Shown here piece after piece: positions 9,043 to 18,582 of a stretch of DNA of 64,000 nt. The stretch is from Trueperaceae bacterium (lineage in GTDB: Bacteria > Deinococcota > Deinococci > Deinococcales > Trueperaceae), in assembly GCA_965215565.1 (NCBI GenBank), contig CBDCDZ010000004.1, positions 1,120,001 through 1,184,000 of the forward strand, given 5' to 3'. Position numbers and translations under genes: made by a program. How positions within the stretch are numbered: position 1 is the stretch's first letter; the number at the start of each line of letters is the position of its first letter. Below the pieces are notes generated by a model. It did not search any database and was not told the DNA's origin. It saw only the letters and a program-made list of their open reading frames with translations.

Positions 9043-10974
9043 CTAGTCGTTGGTGACGGGGACGGGCCCTAGCCCCACCTCTCGTCCGGTGATGTGCCGA
9101 ACGGGTACGAACTCGTTCTCCACGAGTTCGCAAAGCAGGTGCAGCACCAGCGTATGCACCTCTTGAATGCGCGGCGTATGGTGCTCGGGTACGACGAGGG
9201 GAAGGTCGGCGAGCCGCGCCGCTACGCCACCGTCCCTGCCGAGTAGGGCTAAAGTGATCATTCCCTTCGCCTTCGCCTCACGCAGCGCCCGGACGAGGTT
9301 TTCCGACGCGCCGCTCGTGCTGATGACGAGGAGCGCGTCGCCTGGTTGTCCAAGTGCCTGCACCTGCCGCGCGAACACGTCCGCGAAGCCTACGTCGTTC
9401 GCCCAAGCGGTCAGAACTGAGGTGTCCGTGTTGAGGGCGACGACGGGCAAGCCGGGACGCGCGTGCACGAGAAAGCGTCCGACGAGTTCGGCGGCCAAGT
9501 GCTGCGCGTCCGCTGCCGAGCCGCCGTTGCCGCAGACCAAGAGTTTGTTGCTATCTCGGAAGCAGCCCGTAAGGAGGCGGGCGGTTGCGGCAATAGGGGC
9601 ACGTAAGGTGGCGCGGGAGCGCTCGAGCGCCCGCACCGCGTCTGTGAAATTCTGGTCGATGGTGTCGGAGATGGTTGGCTCTAAGTCGTGTTCGAAGGGA
9701 TAGGGCTCGAGTCGAGGCTTCGGCGGCAACGCCACCTCTTCATACACGCGCCGCATCGCGCCCGCCACCTGCTCCCAGGTGAAGTCGCGCAGCACCCGCG
9801 CCCGCCCGCGCTTGCCCATCGCCTCGGCGCGTTTCGGATGGGCAAGCAAAAGGTTCAGCGCCTCGGCGAGTGTGTCCGGGTCTTTCGGCGGCACGAGGAG
9901 CCCCGTCTCGCCGTCCACGACGCTGTACTTCACGCCGCCGACGTTCGAGCCCACCACCGGGCGAGCGCACGCCATCGCCTCCAAAGGGGTAATACCAAAG
10001 GGCTCGTACCAGGGCGTAGTGACGAACACGTCAGCGGCAGCGTAGAGGTGTTTGAGGTCGCCTCTCGGTTTCTGACCCAAAAAGTGAATGCGCTCTGAGA
10101 CACCCACCTCGCTCGCTACCGCCTGCAGCCTTCCGATTTCAGGCGTCTTCACGGGGTCGGGCTCCGCCGACTCGCCGCCCACGACGAGCAGGTGCGCTTT
10201 CTCAACCTGTGCGAGCGCATGTACCACGGTCTCGACACCCTTGCGCGGGACCATGCGTCCGAGTTGGAGGAGGAGCGGGGCGTCTTGGGGCACGGTGGGT
10301 AGCTCGAGCTTAGAGCGTGCCTCCTCCTTATTCAGCGGTTCGAACTCATCAGGATCGAAGCCGCAAGGGATGAGGTGGATGCGTGAAGAGGGTGCACCGT
10401 AGAGGTTTGCCAGGTCGTCCACGTCCTGCGGGCACTCGGCGATGAGGGCGTCCGCCTCGCGCATGAGCCGCGCTTCGATGCTCATGCGTTCATCGGGAAA
10501 GGCGTCCGCCGCGCCCTGATGGAGCCTGCGCACCTTGCCGAGCGCGTGAAAGGTGACGACGAAGGGCGTGCCGGTACGCACCTTGAGGTCAGCGGCGACG
10601 AGCCCCGACAAAAAGAAGTTGGCGTGGAAGAGGTTGTAAGAACCTTCTCTCGCTGCGAACACCTCCACCCAATCTGTAAAGGCGTCCATGTAGGGCAGTA
10701 GCTGCTCTTTGGGCACATGGCAAGGCGGTCCGGCGGGAACGTGGACGACGCGCGCGCCCTCCCAAGGCACGATTTCCGCTTGCGAGGTGCAGGTGCGGCG
10801 GGTGAAGACGTCTACGCGCACGCCCGTCGCCGCGAGCCGCTTAGCGAGTTGCGCGACGTAGACGTTCTGCCCGCCCGCGTCCACGCCGCCCAAGGTCGCG
10901 AGGGGCGAGGCGTGGTCTGAAATTAGGGCGACTTTGAGCGACGGACGTTCGAGTGACGGACGTTCGCCTTTCAA
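9043..10974 (-). CDS. GT4 (MshA-like) glycosyltransferase fused to a C-terminal sedoheptulose-7-phosphate isomerase (GmhA/SIS) domain
   Basis: DAGGQNVYV and EPFGITPLEAMA (GT4), followed by CGNGGSAADAQH, STSG and RIQEVH (GmhA). Confidence 0.9.
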   Translation of the reverse strand: MKGERPSLERPSLKVALISDHASPLATLGGVDAGGQNVYVAQLAKRLAATGVRVDVFTRRTCTSQAEIVPWEGARVVHVPAGPPCHVPKEQLLPYMDAFTDWVEVFAAREGSYNLFHANFFLSGLVAADLKVRTGTPFVVTFHALGKVRRLHQGAADAFPDERMSIEARLMREADALIAECPQDVDDLANLYGAPSSRIHLIPCGFDPDEFEPLNKEEARSKLELPTVPQDAPLLLQLGRMVPRKGVETVVHALAQVEKAHLLVVGGESAEPDPVKTPEIGRLQAVASEVGVSERIHFLGQKPRGDLKHLYAAADVFVTTPWYEPFGITPLEAMACARPVVGSNVGGVKYSVVDGETGLLVPPKDPDTLAEALNLLLAHPKRAEAMGKRGRARVLRDFTWEQVAGAMRRVYEEVALPPKPRLEPYPFEHDLEPTISDTIDQNFTDAVRALERSRATLRAPIAATARLLTGCFRDSNKLLVCGNGGSAADAQHLAAELVGRFLVHARPGLPVVALNTDTSVLTAWANDVGFADVFARQVQALGQPGDALLVISTSGASENLVRALREAKAKGMITLALLGRDGGVAARLADLPLVVPEHHTPRIQEVHTLVLHLLCELVENEFVPVRHITGREVGLGPVPVTND

Positions 10975-11960
10975 AAGGTCACCTCCTCATGACCTCTTGT
11001 CTCGTTTTTGGCACCCGTAGCGAGTTGAACAGCCTCTTCATACGCCGCCTCCCAGTCGCGTGCGAACCTCTCCACGCCGAAGCGTTTTGTCGCCACCTCT
11101 TTCGCTCCCGCCCCGAGCCGCGCGGCTTCCTCCGGGTGCTCGAGTAGCCGCTGCATCACCTCAATGAGCTTGCGCACGTCCGTGTCCACGTAGCCCGACA
11201 CGCCGTTCTGAACCACCGTCGCCATCTCCGTGGTCGCCAGCCCAACCACAGGCAGCCCGACGCGCATCGCCTCGCAGACGGCGAGCCCCAGCGAGGTGTA
11301 GCGAATGGGGTTGAAGAGGAAGCGGTACTGCGCGGCGACGTAGGGCAGCTCGCCGTGGGGCACTTCGCCTAAGCCCCCCACCGCTTCCGAGCCGTAGCCC
11401 ACGAGGTCTAAAGGGACGTGCTTGCGGACCTCTTGGAACACATCTAAACCTAAGCGGCGTCCTCTCGAGCCCAACCCATTGATGATGACGAGCCCGCGCG
11501 CCTTTTCGCCCGTGTAGTGCACGTCTTCTGGCACGCTGACGCCGTGCTCGACGACGCACGTAGGCGTGCGCCGCGCGTCCCACATCAGCGCGTTGAAGGG
11601 CGTGACGTGCGCGAGCAGCACGTGAGGGTCGTCTACGGGGTGCGGCGTGTTCGTCGGACTCTCCTGCGGTGGGTCGTGCTCCAAAAAGATACGGGGTAAG
11701 TGGCGCTGTGCGGGGCTCAGGTCGTTGTGTTGGTCCTCGGTCCAGTTCTTCGCGGACTGGTAGATCACCAAGTCAAGGTCTAAGTTTTTGATCTCTTCCG
11801 CCCGTACGTCCACCACATGCTCACCCCAACGCTCGCCGCCGAGACGCCCGCCGTAGCCCGGCGGCACGCCCTCCTTAACCGGCAGATAGTAACGGTGGTG
11901 CGCGTTACGAGTGAGGTAGTAGAGGTACGCCCCGTGGACGTGCCAGGTCAGAATGTTCAT
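10971..11960 (-). CDS. Glycosyltransferase family 4-like
   Basis: TWHVHGAY start, and RYTSLGLAVCEAMRVGLPVV. Confidence 0.85.
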   Translation of the reverse strand: MNILTWHVHGAYLYYLTRNAHHRYYLPVKEGVPPGYGGRLGGERWGEHVVDVRAEEIKNLDLDLVIYQSAKNWTEDQHNDLSPAQRHLPRIFLEHDPPQESPTNTPHPVDDPHVLLAHVTPFNALMWDARRTPTCVVEHGVSVPEDVHYTGEKARGLVIINGLGSRGRRLGLDVFQEVRKHVPLDLVGYGSEAVGGLGEVPHGELPYVAAQYRFLFNPIRYTSLGLAVCEAMRVGLPVVGLATTEMATVVQNGVSGYVDTDVRKLIEVMQRLLEHPEEAARLGAGAKEVATKRFGVERFARDWEAAYEEAVQLATGAKNETRGHEEVTF

Positions 11961-12963
11961 AGCTCCCCCCTAGAAGCGAATGCACCGCAGCTAAAACGGT
12001 TTCGGTCGATGCGTCTTGGTTCACGTCGATGGCGAGATGACGCGACGTATCCAGCGGAGCCCAGCGCGCCGGGTCGGTCTCGGAGAAGAGGACGACGCTG
12101 GGCGTCCGGGTCGCTGCCGCGAGGTGCGAGACACCCGTGTCGTTACAGATGAGCAACTGTGCATCTCCGAGTAGCGCGGCGAGCGTGCCCAATTCAGTTT
12201 TTCCGGCGAGGTTAATGGCGTCAGGTAGGAGCCGCTGTAACTGCCTCGCGAGCGCGACTTCTCCAGAGCTACCTGTGATAACGGCTTGAAGCCCCAACTT
12301 CTGCGCCGCTCGTCCAACCTCCGCGAACTGCGCGGCGGACCACCGCTTCGTTTCGCTCGCCGCGCCGGGGTGGAGGACGAGGTAGGGCGCGGTTACATCG
12401 TGCTCGAGCTTCGAACGCTCAACGTTGGCTCTGTCTTCAGGATTTATGGGAAAACTCAGCGCCGCATCTCCTACCTCAAAGCCCACATGCGACAGCAACC
12501 TCAACCAGCGCGTCACCTCGTGTTCGCGCTCGTTCCAAGGTAGAAAAAGCGGACCGGGCTGCACCTCTTCGGCTGAGTAAAAACCTGCGGTGAGCGGGGC
12601 GTCAAGCTCGAGCGCAAACACGTTACTCTCGGGTCCGCTGCCGTGGAGTTGAATAACGAGGTCAAAGCGTCCCCGCTGCGCGTCCATAAAAGCGCCCGAA
12701 CGCGCCGCGTCAAGAGGAACTTCTGGCAAGCCCGGCGCACCCGGAAAGGGCAAGAAGGCGTCCCATAATCTGTAACGTGACGACAAAGAATCCACCCAAG
12801 GGAGTCCGATAAACGTGATGTGCGTCCCCGGCAAACTCGCCTTCAACGCACGAAGCGCGGGCGTCGCACACAAGAAGTCGCCGAGACCGGGTAGCGCGCG
12901 GAGCACGGCGAGGCGGCGCACGCTGCCTCGCTTAAAGGTGTGGGCTTGAGAAGCGCTGAGCAC
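11905..12963 (-). CDS. Glycosyltransferase family 9
   Basis: LGDFLCATPA, HPGAASETKRW and NDTGVSHLAAA. Confidence 0.85.
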   Translation of the reverse strand: MLSASQAHTFKRGSVRRLAVLRALPGLGDFLCATPALRALKASLPGTHITFIGLPWVDSLSSRYRLWDAFLPFPGAPGLPEVPLDAARSGAFMDAQRGRFDLVIQLHGSGPESNVFALELDAPLTAGFYSAEEVQPGPLFLPWNEREHEVTRWLRLLSHVGFEVGDAALSFPINPEDRANVERSKLEHDVTAPYLVLHPGAASETKRWSAAQFAEVGRAAQKLGLQAVITGSSGEVALARQLQRLLPDAINLAGKTELGTLAALLGDAQLLICNDTGVSHLAAATRTPSVVLFSETDPARWAPLDTSRHLAIDVNQDASTETVLAAVHSLLGGSYEHSDLARPRGVPLLPHS

Positions 12964-13125
12964 AGCGCAGTGTAAAAAACTTCACAACACATTTCATCGG
13001 GCAAACGCCTGAAATTTTAAGGTAGCTGGCTTACAGTCAGGGGCAGATGCACAGCGGCGAGGGTGATTGCACCCAGACGCTTTGCGCAGCCCCCGAAGCG
13101 TGAGCCGCGTGGCACGCGCCGTTAT

Positions 13126-14346
13126 TCAGCACGGTGCGGTGCGGGTACGGCGTATCTTCTTTGACGAGCGTTGCTCCGCGCCTTTGTGCAATTGCCTCAT
13201 GACGAGCGCCAAGCGAATCTGCACAGCGTCGTCGAAGCGCCTCGGGTCCATGCCGGTCAGCGAGGCGATCTTCTCTAAGCGGTACGAGAGCGTGTTGCGG
13301 TGGACACCTAGCACTTTAGCGGTGGCTGTCGGCTGGCAGTCGTGCTCGAAGAGGCACGCCAAAGTGCGCAGCAGCTCGGGCTCGTCGTCTAAAGGGCTCA
13401 GCAGAAAGGTGGCTAAGTCGGCTTTGGTGCGCTCGTCCGCCACGCCGATAAACGCGGCGATGCCCACCGAGTCGAGGCAGTGCACGTCGCCCTTCTGACC
13501 CAAGCGGCGTCCCAGCGAGAGTGCCGCTTTCGCGTCCGCGTAGGAGTGCTCGAGCCCGGCGAGCCCCCGGTGGTAACGCCCAACGCCGATGCTCACCCGC
13601 GCGCCCGTGTCCGCCGCCAAGCGCGCCACGAGCGCCGCCGCCGCCCGCTTGAGCGCGCCCAAGTCAGCCCAAGCCGACGCCTTGTCGCTCCCCTTGTCGT
13701 CCCCCGTATCCACCTGCGCCCAAGGCGCTAAGTTCTTCGCGTCGCTCGCTTTAAGGACCGCCACCTCGCCCGCACCGATGTAGGCGCAGATGGTGTCACT
13801 CGGCAGGTGGAAAAAGCGCACCACGCTGCCGATGATGTCGTCTGAGCGCGCCGCGCCGTCCGCGCCCAAGTACGCCTCCGCGCCGATGAGGAGCACGGCG
13901 CGGGGCGGCGCAAGGTCCATGCCAAGGATGCGCGCTTGGCGGTGGATGCTCTCCTCGTCCGAGACGTGCCCGCGCAAAAGGTCATGAACGAGCGTGTTCT
14001 TGAGGTCGCGCCCGCGCAAGCCCTCGAGCGTCATCTGGCTGATGATCAGCTCGAGCACCCCACGCACGAGCCGAGGGGAGTACGGGGCGCGGCTCGAGCC
14101 CGCCGCCGAATTCGCTACCGCACCCACCGCGCGCGCGCCCACGACTACGCGCCCTTCCCAAGCGCTGAAGCGCAGCGGCGTAAAGGGACGCGAGGCTGCG
14201 TCCGCCAGCACGCTGCCAGCGAACCCCGGTTCGCTGGCCGCCACCACCCGCCCTATCTGGTCGATGACGAAGACGCGCTCACCCAAGAGGTCCGCCGCCC
14301 GCTGGCTCACCCTCGTCGCCACCTCTTTGACCTGTTCCCTCATCAC
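13126..14346 (-). CDS. CdaR/PucR-family transcriptional regulator
   Basis: C-terminal HTH motif TAKVLGVHRNTLSYRLEKI and a central GGDEF-like region. Confidence 0.88.
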   Translation of the reverse strand: MMREQVKEVATRVSQRAADLLGERVFVIDQIGRVVAASEPGFAGSVLADAASRPFTPLRFSAWEGRVVVGARAVGAVANSAAGSSRAPYSPRLVRGVLELIISQMTLEGLRGRDLKNTLVHDLLRGHVSDEESIHRQARILGMDLAPPRAVLLIGAEAYLGADGAARSDDIIGSVVRFFHLPSDTICAYIGAGEVAVLKASDAKNLAPWAQVDTGDDKGSDKASAWADLGALKRAAAALVARLAADTGARVSIGVGRYHRGLAGLEHSYADAKAALSLGRRLGQKGDVHCLDSVGIAAFIGVADERTKADLATFLLSPLDDEPELLRTLACLFEHDCQPTATAKVLGVHRNTLSYRLEKIASLTGMDPRRFDDAVQIRLALVMRQLHKGAEQRSSKKIRRTRTAPC

Positions 14347-14507
14347 ACCACTCTCCCCCGTGAGGCACGCCGTCCCCTCATGCTACGCCCGGGGAAGCGG
14401 GGCAACTGTACTAAAAGTAGCAGTATAGATGGTGTGTTCGTCCCGCAAGACTAACAGAGGCGCAGGCGCGTTTTAGATGGTGGAGGGGTCCTTCTGTTAG
14501 CTCGAGC

Positions 14508-15161
14508 TTAACGTGCCAACAGCGCCTCCAAGGAGAGCCCCCTCAAATCCCTCAGCACGGCGTCCGCGCCGCGCAGCCGCTCCGGTGAGCCCAAACCGAC
14601 GACGCGGCACCCTGCGAGCTGCGCCGCCCTCACCCCCGCCGCGCCGTCCTCTACGACCAAACAGCGCTCAGCGGGGACGCCTAACTCGCGCACCACGCGC
14701 ACGTACAGCTCGGGCGCGGGCTTGCCGCGCGTCACGTCGGTGCCGTCGGCAAAGGCGCGAAAGAAAGGTCTGATGCCTAAGCGCGCGCAGATGAAGCGGG
14801 CGTTGCGGCTGCTCGAGGCGAGCCCGAGCGGAACGCCTCGCGCCTGCGCTTCCTCCAAAATGCTGCGCACCCCCGGCATCAAGTTCTCAGGACCGAAATC
14901 CCCGATAAGCTGTAAGTAGAGGCGGTTCTTCTCCGCTAAGAGGCGCTGTATGACCTCTTCGGGCAGCGTTCGCCCGTTCAATAGAGTCAGGAGCGAGTCG
15001 CGCCGCCCCAGGCTGCGTAACGACTCCAAGAGGGACAGCTCGAGCCCCACCCCCTCCCGCTCCGCCAAAAGCCGCCATGAGCGCTCATGCTGCGGCATGG
15101 TGTCTACCAACACGCCGTCCATGTCGAAGATGAGCGCGTCAGCGCGTCTAGCGGGGCGCAT
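14508..15161 (-). CDS. HAD IA hydrolase, beta-phosphoglucomutase-like
   Basis: FDMDGVLVDT, SSSRNA, KPAP and VEDG motifs. Start is uncertain. Confidence 0.8.
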   Translation of the reverse strand: MRPARRADALIFDMDGVLVDTMPQHERSWRLLAEREGVGLELSLLESLRSLGRRDSLLTLLNGRTLPEEVIQRLLAEKNRLYLQLIGDFGPENLMPGVRSILEEAQARGVPLGLASSSRNARFICARLGIRPFFRAFADGTDVTRGKPAPELYVRVVRELGVPAERCLVVEDGAAGVRAAQLAGCRVVGLGSPERLRGADAVLRDLRGLSLEALLAR

Positions 15162-15316
15162 TACGTTTTCTGAGGAGAAACGGGATTTTAAGGAGAAACT
15201 GGGCAGAGGCCATGAGACAGACCTTACCGCGTCCGCCACGAAGGAATTGCGAAGGAAATAGGGAACCGACACCTAGCCCACACAGCGCAACGCGGTTTGC
15301 TAGATAAGGTGGAGTC

Positions 15317-16441
15317 ATGCTCCACGTCGGACCTCTTCTAAAAGATGTCAAGCGCATCGCCGTGGTGCGCGCGAACGGTTTGGGCGACCTCATCGTCGCC
15401 GAGCCCGCGCTGTTCGCCCTGCGCCGCGCCTACCCGGAGACCCACATCACGCTCGTCGGCGCGGCGCACAGCCGGGCGCTCTTACAAGGTAGACCTTTTC
15501 CGGTGGATGAAGTCGTCACCGCTCCGCTCGTGGCGGGCGTGCGCTACGCGAGCGGGCCGGACGCGCCGCCGGACGATACGCCCGAGGTAGTCGAGACTTT
15601 TTTTAGGGCGATGCGCCGCCGCCACTTCGACCTCGCTATTCAGCTTCACGGCGGCGGCGGCAACTCGAACCCCTTCACGGCGCGTTTGGGCGCACGCCTG
15701 AGCGCGGGGGCGCGGGCGAAGGACGCGCCGCCCTTAGACATCAACGTGCCCTACACCTTCTACCAACACGACGTGCTGCGCTGGTTGGAGGTCGTCGCGG
15801 CGGTAGGGGCACCGCCCGTGCGAATTTATCCGCAGTTGGAGGCAACCGCGCAGGATTTAGCGGAGGCTGACGCGCACCTCGCTCGAGCCGGGTACGACAC
15901 TGCGCGCCCGTTCGCGACCCTCCACCCCGGCGCGACCGATCCGCGCCGCCGCTGGCCGCCTGCGCACTTCGCGGGGCTCGCGGACGCGCTGCAAACGAGG
16001 GGCGTTCAGCCCGTGCTCGTCGGTGGGAAGGTGGACGCGCCGCTCGTTGCGGATATCAAACGCGCCGCGCGAAGACCGCTCCTCGACCTCTCGACAGGTC
16101 TCTCCTTGTCCGGCTTAGTCGGCGTCTTGAAACGCGCCGACCTCTTCGTCGGCAACGACTCCGGTCCGCGCCACCTCGCCGAAGCGGTCCGCACGAAGAC
16201 CGTCGGCGTCTTCACCAAGTCGAACCTCGTTGACGTCGCGCCGCTCTTTCGCGCCCGCAACCGCGCGGTGGTCTCCTGGCGGAGCCGCTGCGCGGTGTGC
16301 GGCACCGACGCCGTGACCGAGCCGCCCTGCACGCACGGCTCGAGCGTCCTGGCGGACGTGAGCGTGGACGAGGTGCTCGCCGAAGCTGTAGATTTGTTAG
16401 CTTCCGCAGACCAAAACGCCAAACCTGTAGGGCAGGTGTAG
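15317..16441 (+). CDS. Glycosyltransferase family 9
   Basis: RANGLGDL, HPGATDPRRRW and GNDSGPRHLA. Confidence 0.87.
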   Translation: MLHVGPLLKDVKRIAVVRANGLGDLIVAEPALFALRRAYPETHITLVGAAHSRALLQGRPFPVDEVVTAPLVAGVRYASGPDAPPDDTPEVVETFFRAMRRRHFDLAIQLHGGGGNSNPFTARLGARLSAGARAKDAPPLDINVPYTFYQHDVLRWLEVVAAVGAPPVRIYPQLEATAQDLAEADAHLARAGYDTARPFATLHPGATDPRRRWPPAHFAGLADALQTRGVQPVLVGGKVDAPLVADIKRAARRPLLDLSTGLSLSGLVGVLKRADLFVGNDSGPRHLAEAVRTKTVGVFTKSNLVDVAPLFRARNRAVVSWRSRCAVCGTDAVTEPPCTHGSSVLADVSVDEVLAEAVDLLASADQNAKPVGQV

Positions 16442-17773
16442 ATGCACGCTGAAGAGGTGTTTTCGAAAGACACAACCCCTGAAGCGTCCCTCAAAGATAT
16501 ACGAATAGGGATGCTCGCGGGCTCGTACCAGCCCGCGCGGTGCGGCGTCGCGCACTACACCGCGCGGCTCAGGGAGGCGCTGGCGCGCGCGGGCGTCCAC
16601 GTCAGCCTCTACACGGACGCGGCGAGCGCCGCGCAAGATAGGCAAGCGCGCGGGCTAAAAGGCGGAGCGGAAGGGATTGCGAAAGGCGTGACGGGCGGCT
16701 GGACCTACCGCCACCTGCTCCCCTTAGCGAGGTCCATCCGCCGCGACGCCCCGGACCTGCTCCACATCCAGCACGCGGGCGGCACGTACGGCTTTCAGCG
16801 CGCGGTGTTCTTGCTGCCGCCGCTCTTACGGCATTTGGGGTACGGCGGGCGCATCGTCACCACCCTACACGAGTACGGCTGGTGGACCTGGTCTCTGCCT
16901 GCGCCCCTCGGGAGGTTCGACGCCCGCGCCCACGCACTCGCCCGCTGGGGTCAGCGGCGCGGCTGGTGGGACGAGGAGGACGGCTTTCTGCTCACGGGCA
17001 GCGACCACCTCATCACCACGAATACAGGCGCAGAAGGGGCGCTCCTGGCGCGTCTGCCGCACCTCGCGGCGCGCACCACGCGCGTGCCCGTCGGCGTCAA
17101 CATCACAGTTCAAGAAGCTGACCGAGAGGCTGACCGGGGCGCAGCTAGGGCGCACCTGCGCCGCCACTTAGGTTGGTCCGACGGGGCGCGCGTCGTCGCC
17201 TTCTTCGGCTTTCTGCACCCGGTCAAGGGGTTGGAGACGCTCCTACGCGCCTTTCCGCACGTGCTACAAAAGCAGCCCGAGACCCGCCTGCTCCTCATCG
17301 GCGGGGCGGAGAGCTTGGCGCTGCGCGGCGAAGAAGCCGCAAGCTACCGGGCGTCTTTAGAGCGCCTTGCCGAAACGCTAGGGCTCGGCGGCAAGGTGGC
17401 GCTGACGGGCTACGTCGCGGACGAAGCCGCCTCGAGCCTCCTCTGGGGTGCCGACTTGGGCGTGCTCCCCTTTAACCAAGGCGTCACCCTCAAAAGCGGC
17501 TCCCTCCTGACGCTATTAGCACACCACCTGCCCGTCGTCGGCACGCGCCCCGAAGAGGTCGAGCCCGCCCTAGCGCCCCTCCTCACCCTCGCGCCGCCCA
17601 AAGACGAGCGGGCACTCGCCAAGGCGCTCTTAGAACGCCTGCACACCCTAGACTCGAGCCGCCCCCTCACCGAAGCGGGGCAGGCGTTCGCGCAACGCTG
17701 CTCTTGGGAAACGGTAGCGCAGCAACACCTCGACATCTACAGGCGGCTCTGCGGCGCACCGGAACACCTTTAG
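16442..17773 (+). CDS. Glycosyltransferase family 4
   Basis: CGVAHYT, FFGFLHPVKGLE and FSW-like C-terminus. Confidence 0.85.
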   Translation: MHAEEVFSKDTTPEASLKDIRIGMLAGSYQPARCGVAHYTARLREALARAGVHVSLYTDAASAAQDRQARGLKGGAEGIAKGVTGGWTYRHLLPLARSIRRDAPDLLHIQHAGGTYGFQRAVFLLPPLLRHLGYGGRIVTTLHEYGWWTWSLPAPLGRFDARAHALARWGQRRGWWDEEDGFLLTGSDHLITTNTGAEGALLARLPHLAARTTRVPVGVNITVQEADREADRGAARAHLRRHLGWSDGARVVAFFGFLHPVKGLETLLRAFPHVLQKQPETRLLLIGGAESLALRGEEAASYRASLERLAETLGLGGKVALTGYVADEAASSLLWGADLGVLPFNQGVTLKSGSLLTLLAHHLPVVGTRPEEVEPALAPLLTLAPPKDERALAKALLERLHTLDSSRPLTEAGQAFAQRCSWETVAQQHLDIYRRLCGAPEHL

Positions 17774-18115
17774 CCTCGAGTGCCCACAGGTTCACCCGCT
17801 TGTGTATCGCAAGGACGCTCGAGCCCGTAATAGGCTCGAGCGCTCTGCTGTGGGGCGGAATCCTCGAGTCCATTTCTCAAAATCAGCTATCCAGACCTCT
17901 TCCCAAAACGTATAAACGGTTTTAGTAGCCGCCTACCCCTCTGCGAACTTCCTTACACCTCTTCCAACATGTGAAATTTGTAAGTTCTTTGTAAGAGTCC
18001 AGCGGCTAAACTCTTTTCTAGCAAGGGAGACACACTCCTGCGCTAACGAATTCCCACCGGAACAGCCGTTTTCATACATACTCTTTATCGGATGTTCCCA
18101 GAAAAGGAGCGCACC

Positions 18116-18472
18116 ATGCGCAACAATAAGAACAAAGGCTTCACCCTCATCGAACTCCTCATCGTCATCGCCATCATCGGCATCCTAGCAGCGGTTCTCA
18201 TCCCGAACTTGCTCTCGGCTCGCAACCGTGCAAATGACAGTGCCACTCAAGCCTTCCTCCGCAACTGCATCACGGCTGTCGAAGCTAATCGCGACGCAGT
18301 TAAGCAAACTCTTCCAGCTGATGGCGATTGCGCGACACTCATGGGTGTAACGCTGCCCGCTGCTGTAACTTCTGCAACGTACGATACTGACACCACAACC
18401 GACACTTATACAGCTGAAGCTACCTCTGTTACGACAACGAAGTTCACCTACAACGGTGTCGAAATTCAGTAA
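18116..18472 (+). CDS. Type IV pilin (major-pilin-like)
   Basis: SD AAGGAG, and prepilin motif KG|FTLIELLIVIAIIGILAAVLIPNL. Confidence 0.93.
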   Translation: MRNNKNKGFTLIELLIVIAIIGILAAVLIPNLLSARNRANDSATQAFLRNCITAVEANRDAVKQTLPADGDCATLMGVTLPAAVTSATYDTDTTTDTYTAEATSVTTTKFTYNGVEIQ

Positions 18473-18491
18473 AAACCTAAAGTCTGATTCA

Positions 18492-18533
18492 AGCAAGCAG
18501 CCACCCTCAGCAATTATGCTAGGGTGGCTGCTT
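18492..18533 (+). terminator. Hairpin between the two pilin genes
   Basis: AAGCAGCCACCCT...AGGGTGGCTGCTT inverted repeat. Confidence 0.7.
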
Positions 18534-18582
18534 AACTGATAAAACTAAGCAACTTTCATGAGAGGAAGTAAAGGGTTCTGCT

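Noticed and set aside
13012..13024. 13-bp match to half of the 24734 palindrome
   Set aside because: Isolated 13-mer matches are expected by chance in 64 kb.
12990..13040. GGCAAAC..GAAA as a c-di-GMP-I riboswitch
   Set aside because: The second stem and the other conserved nucleotides are absent.
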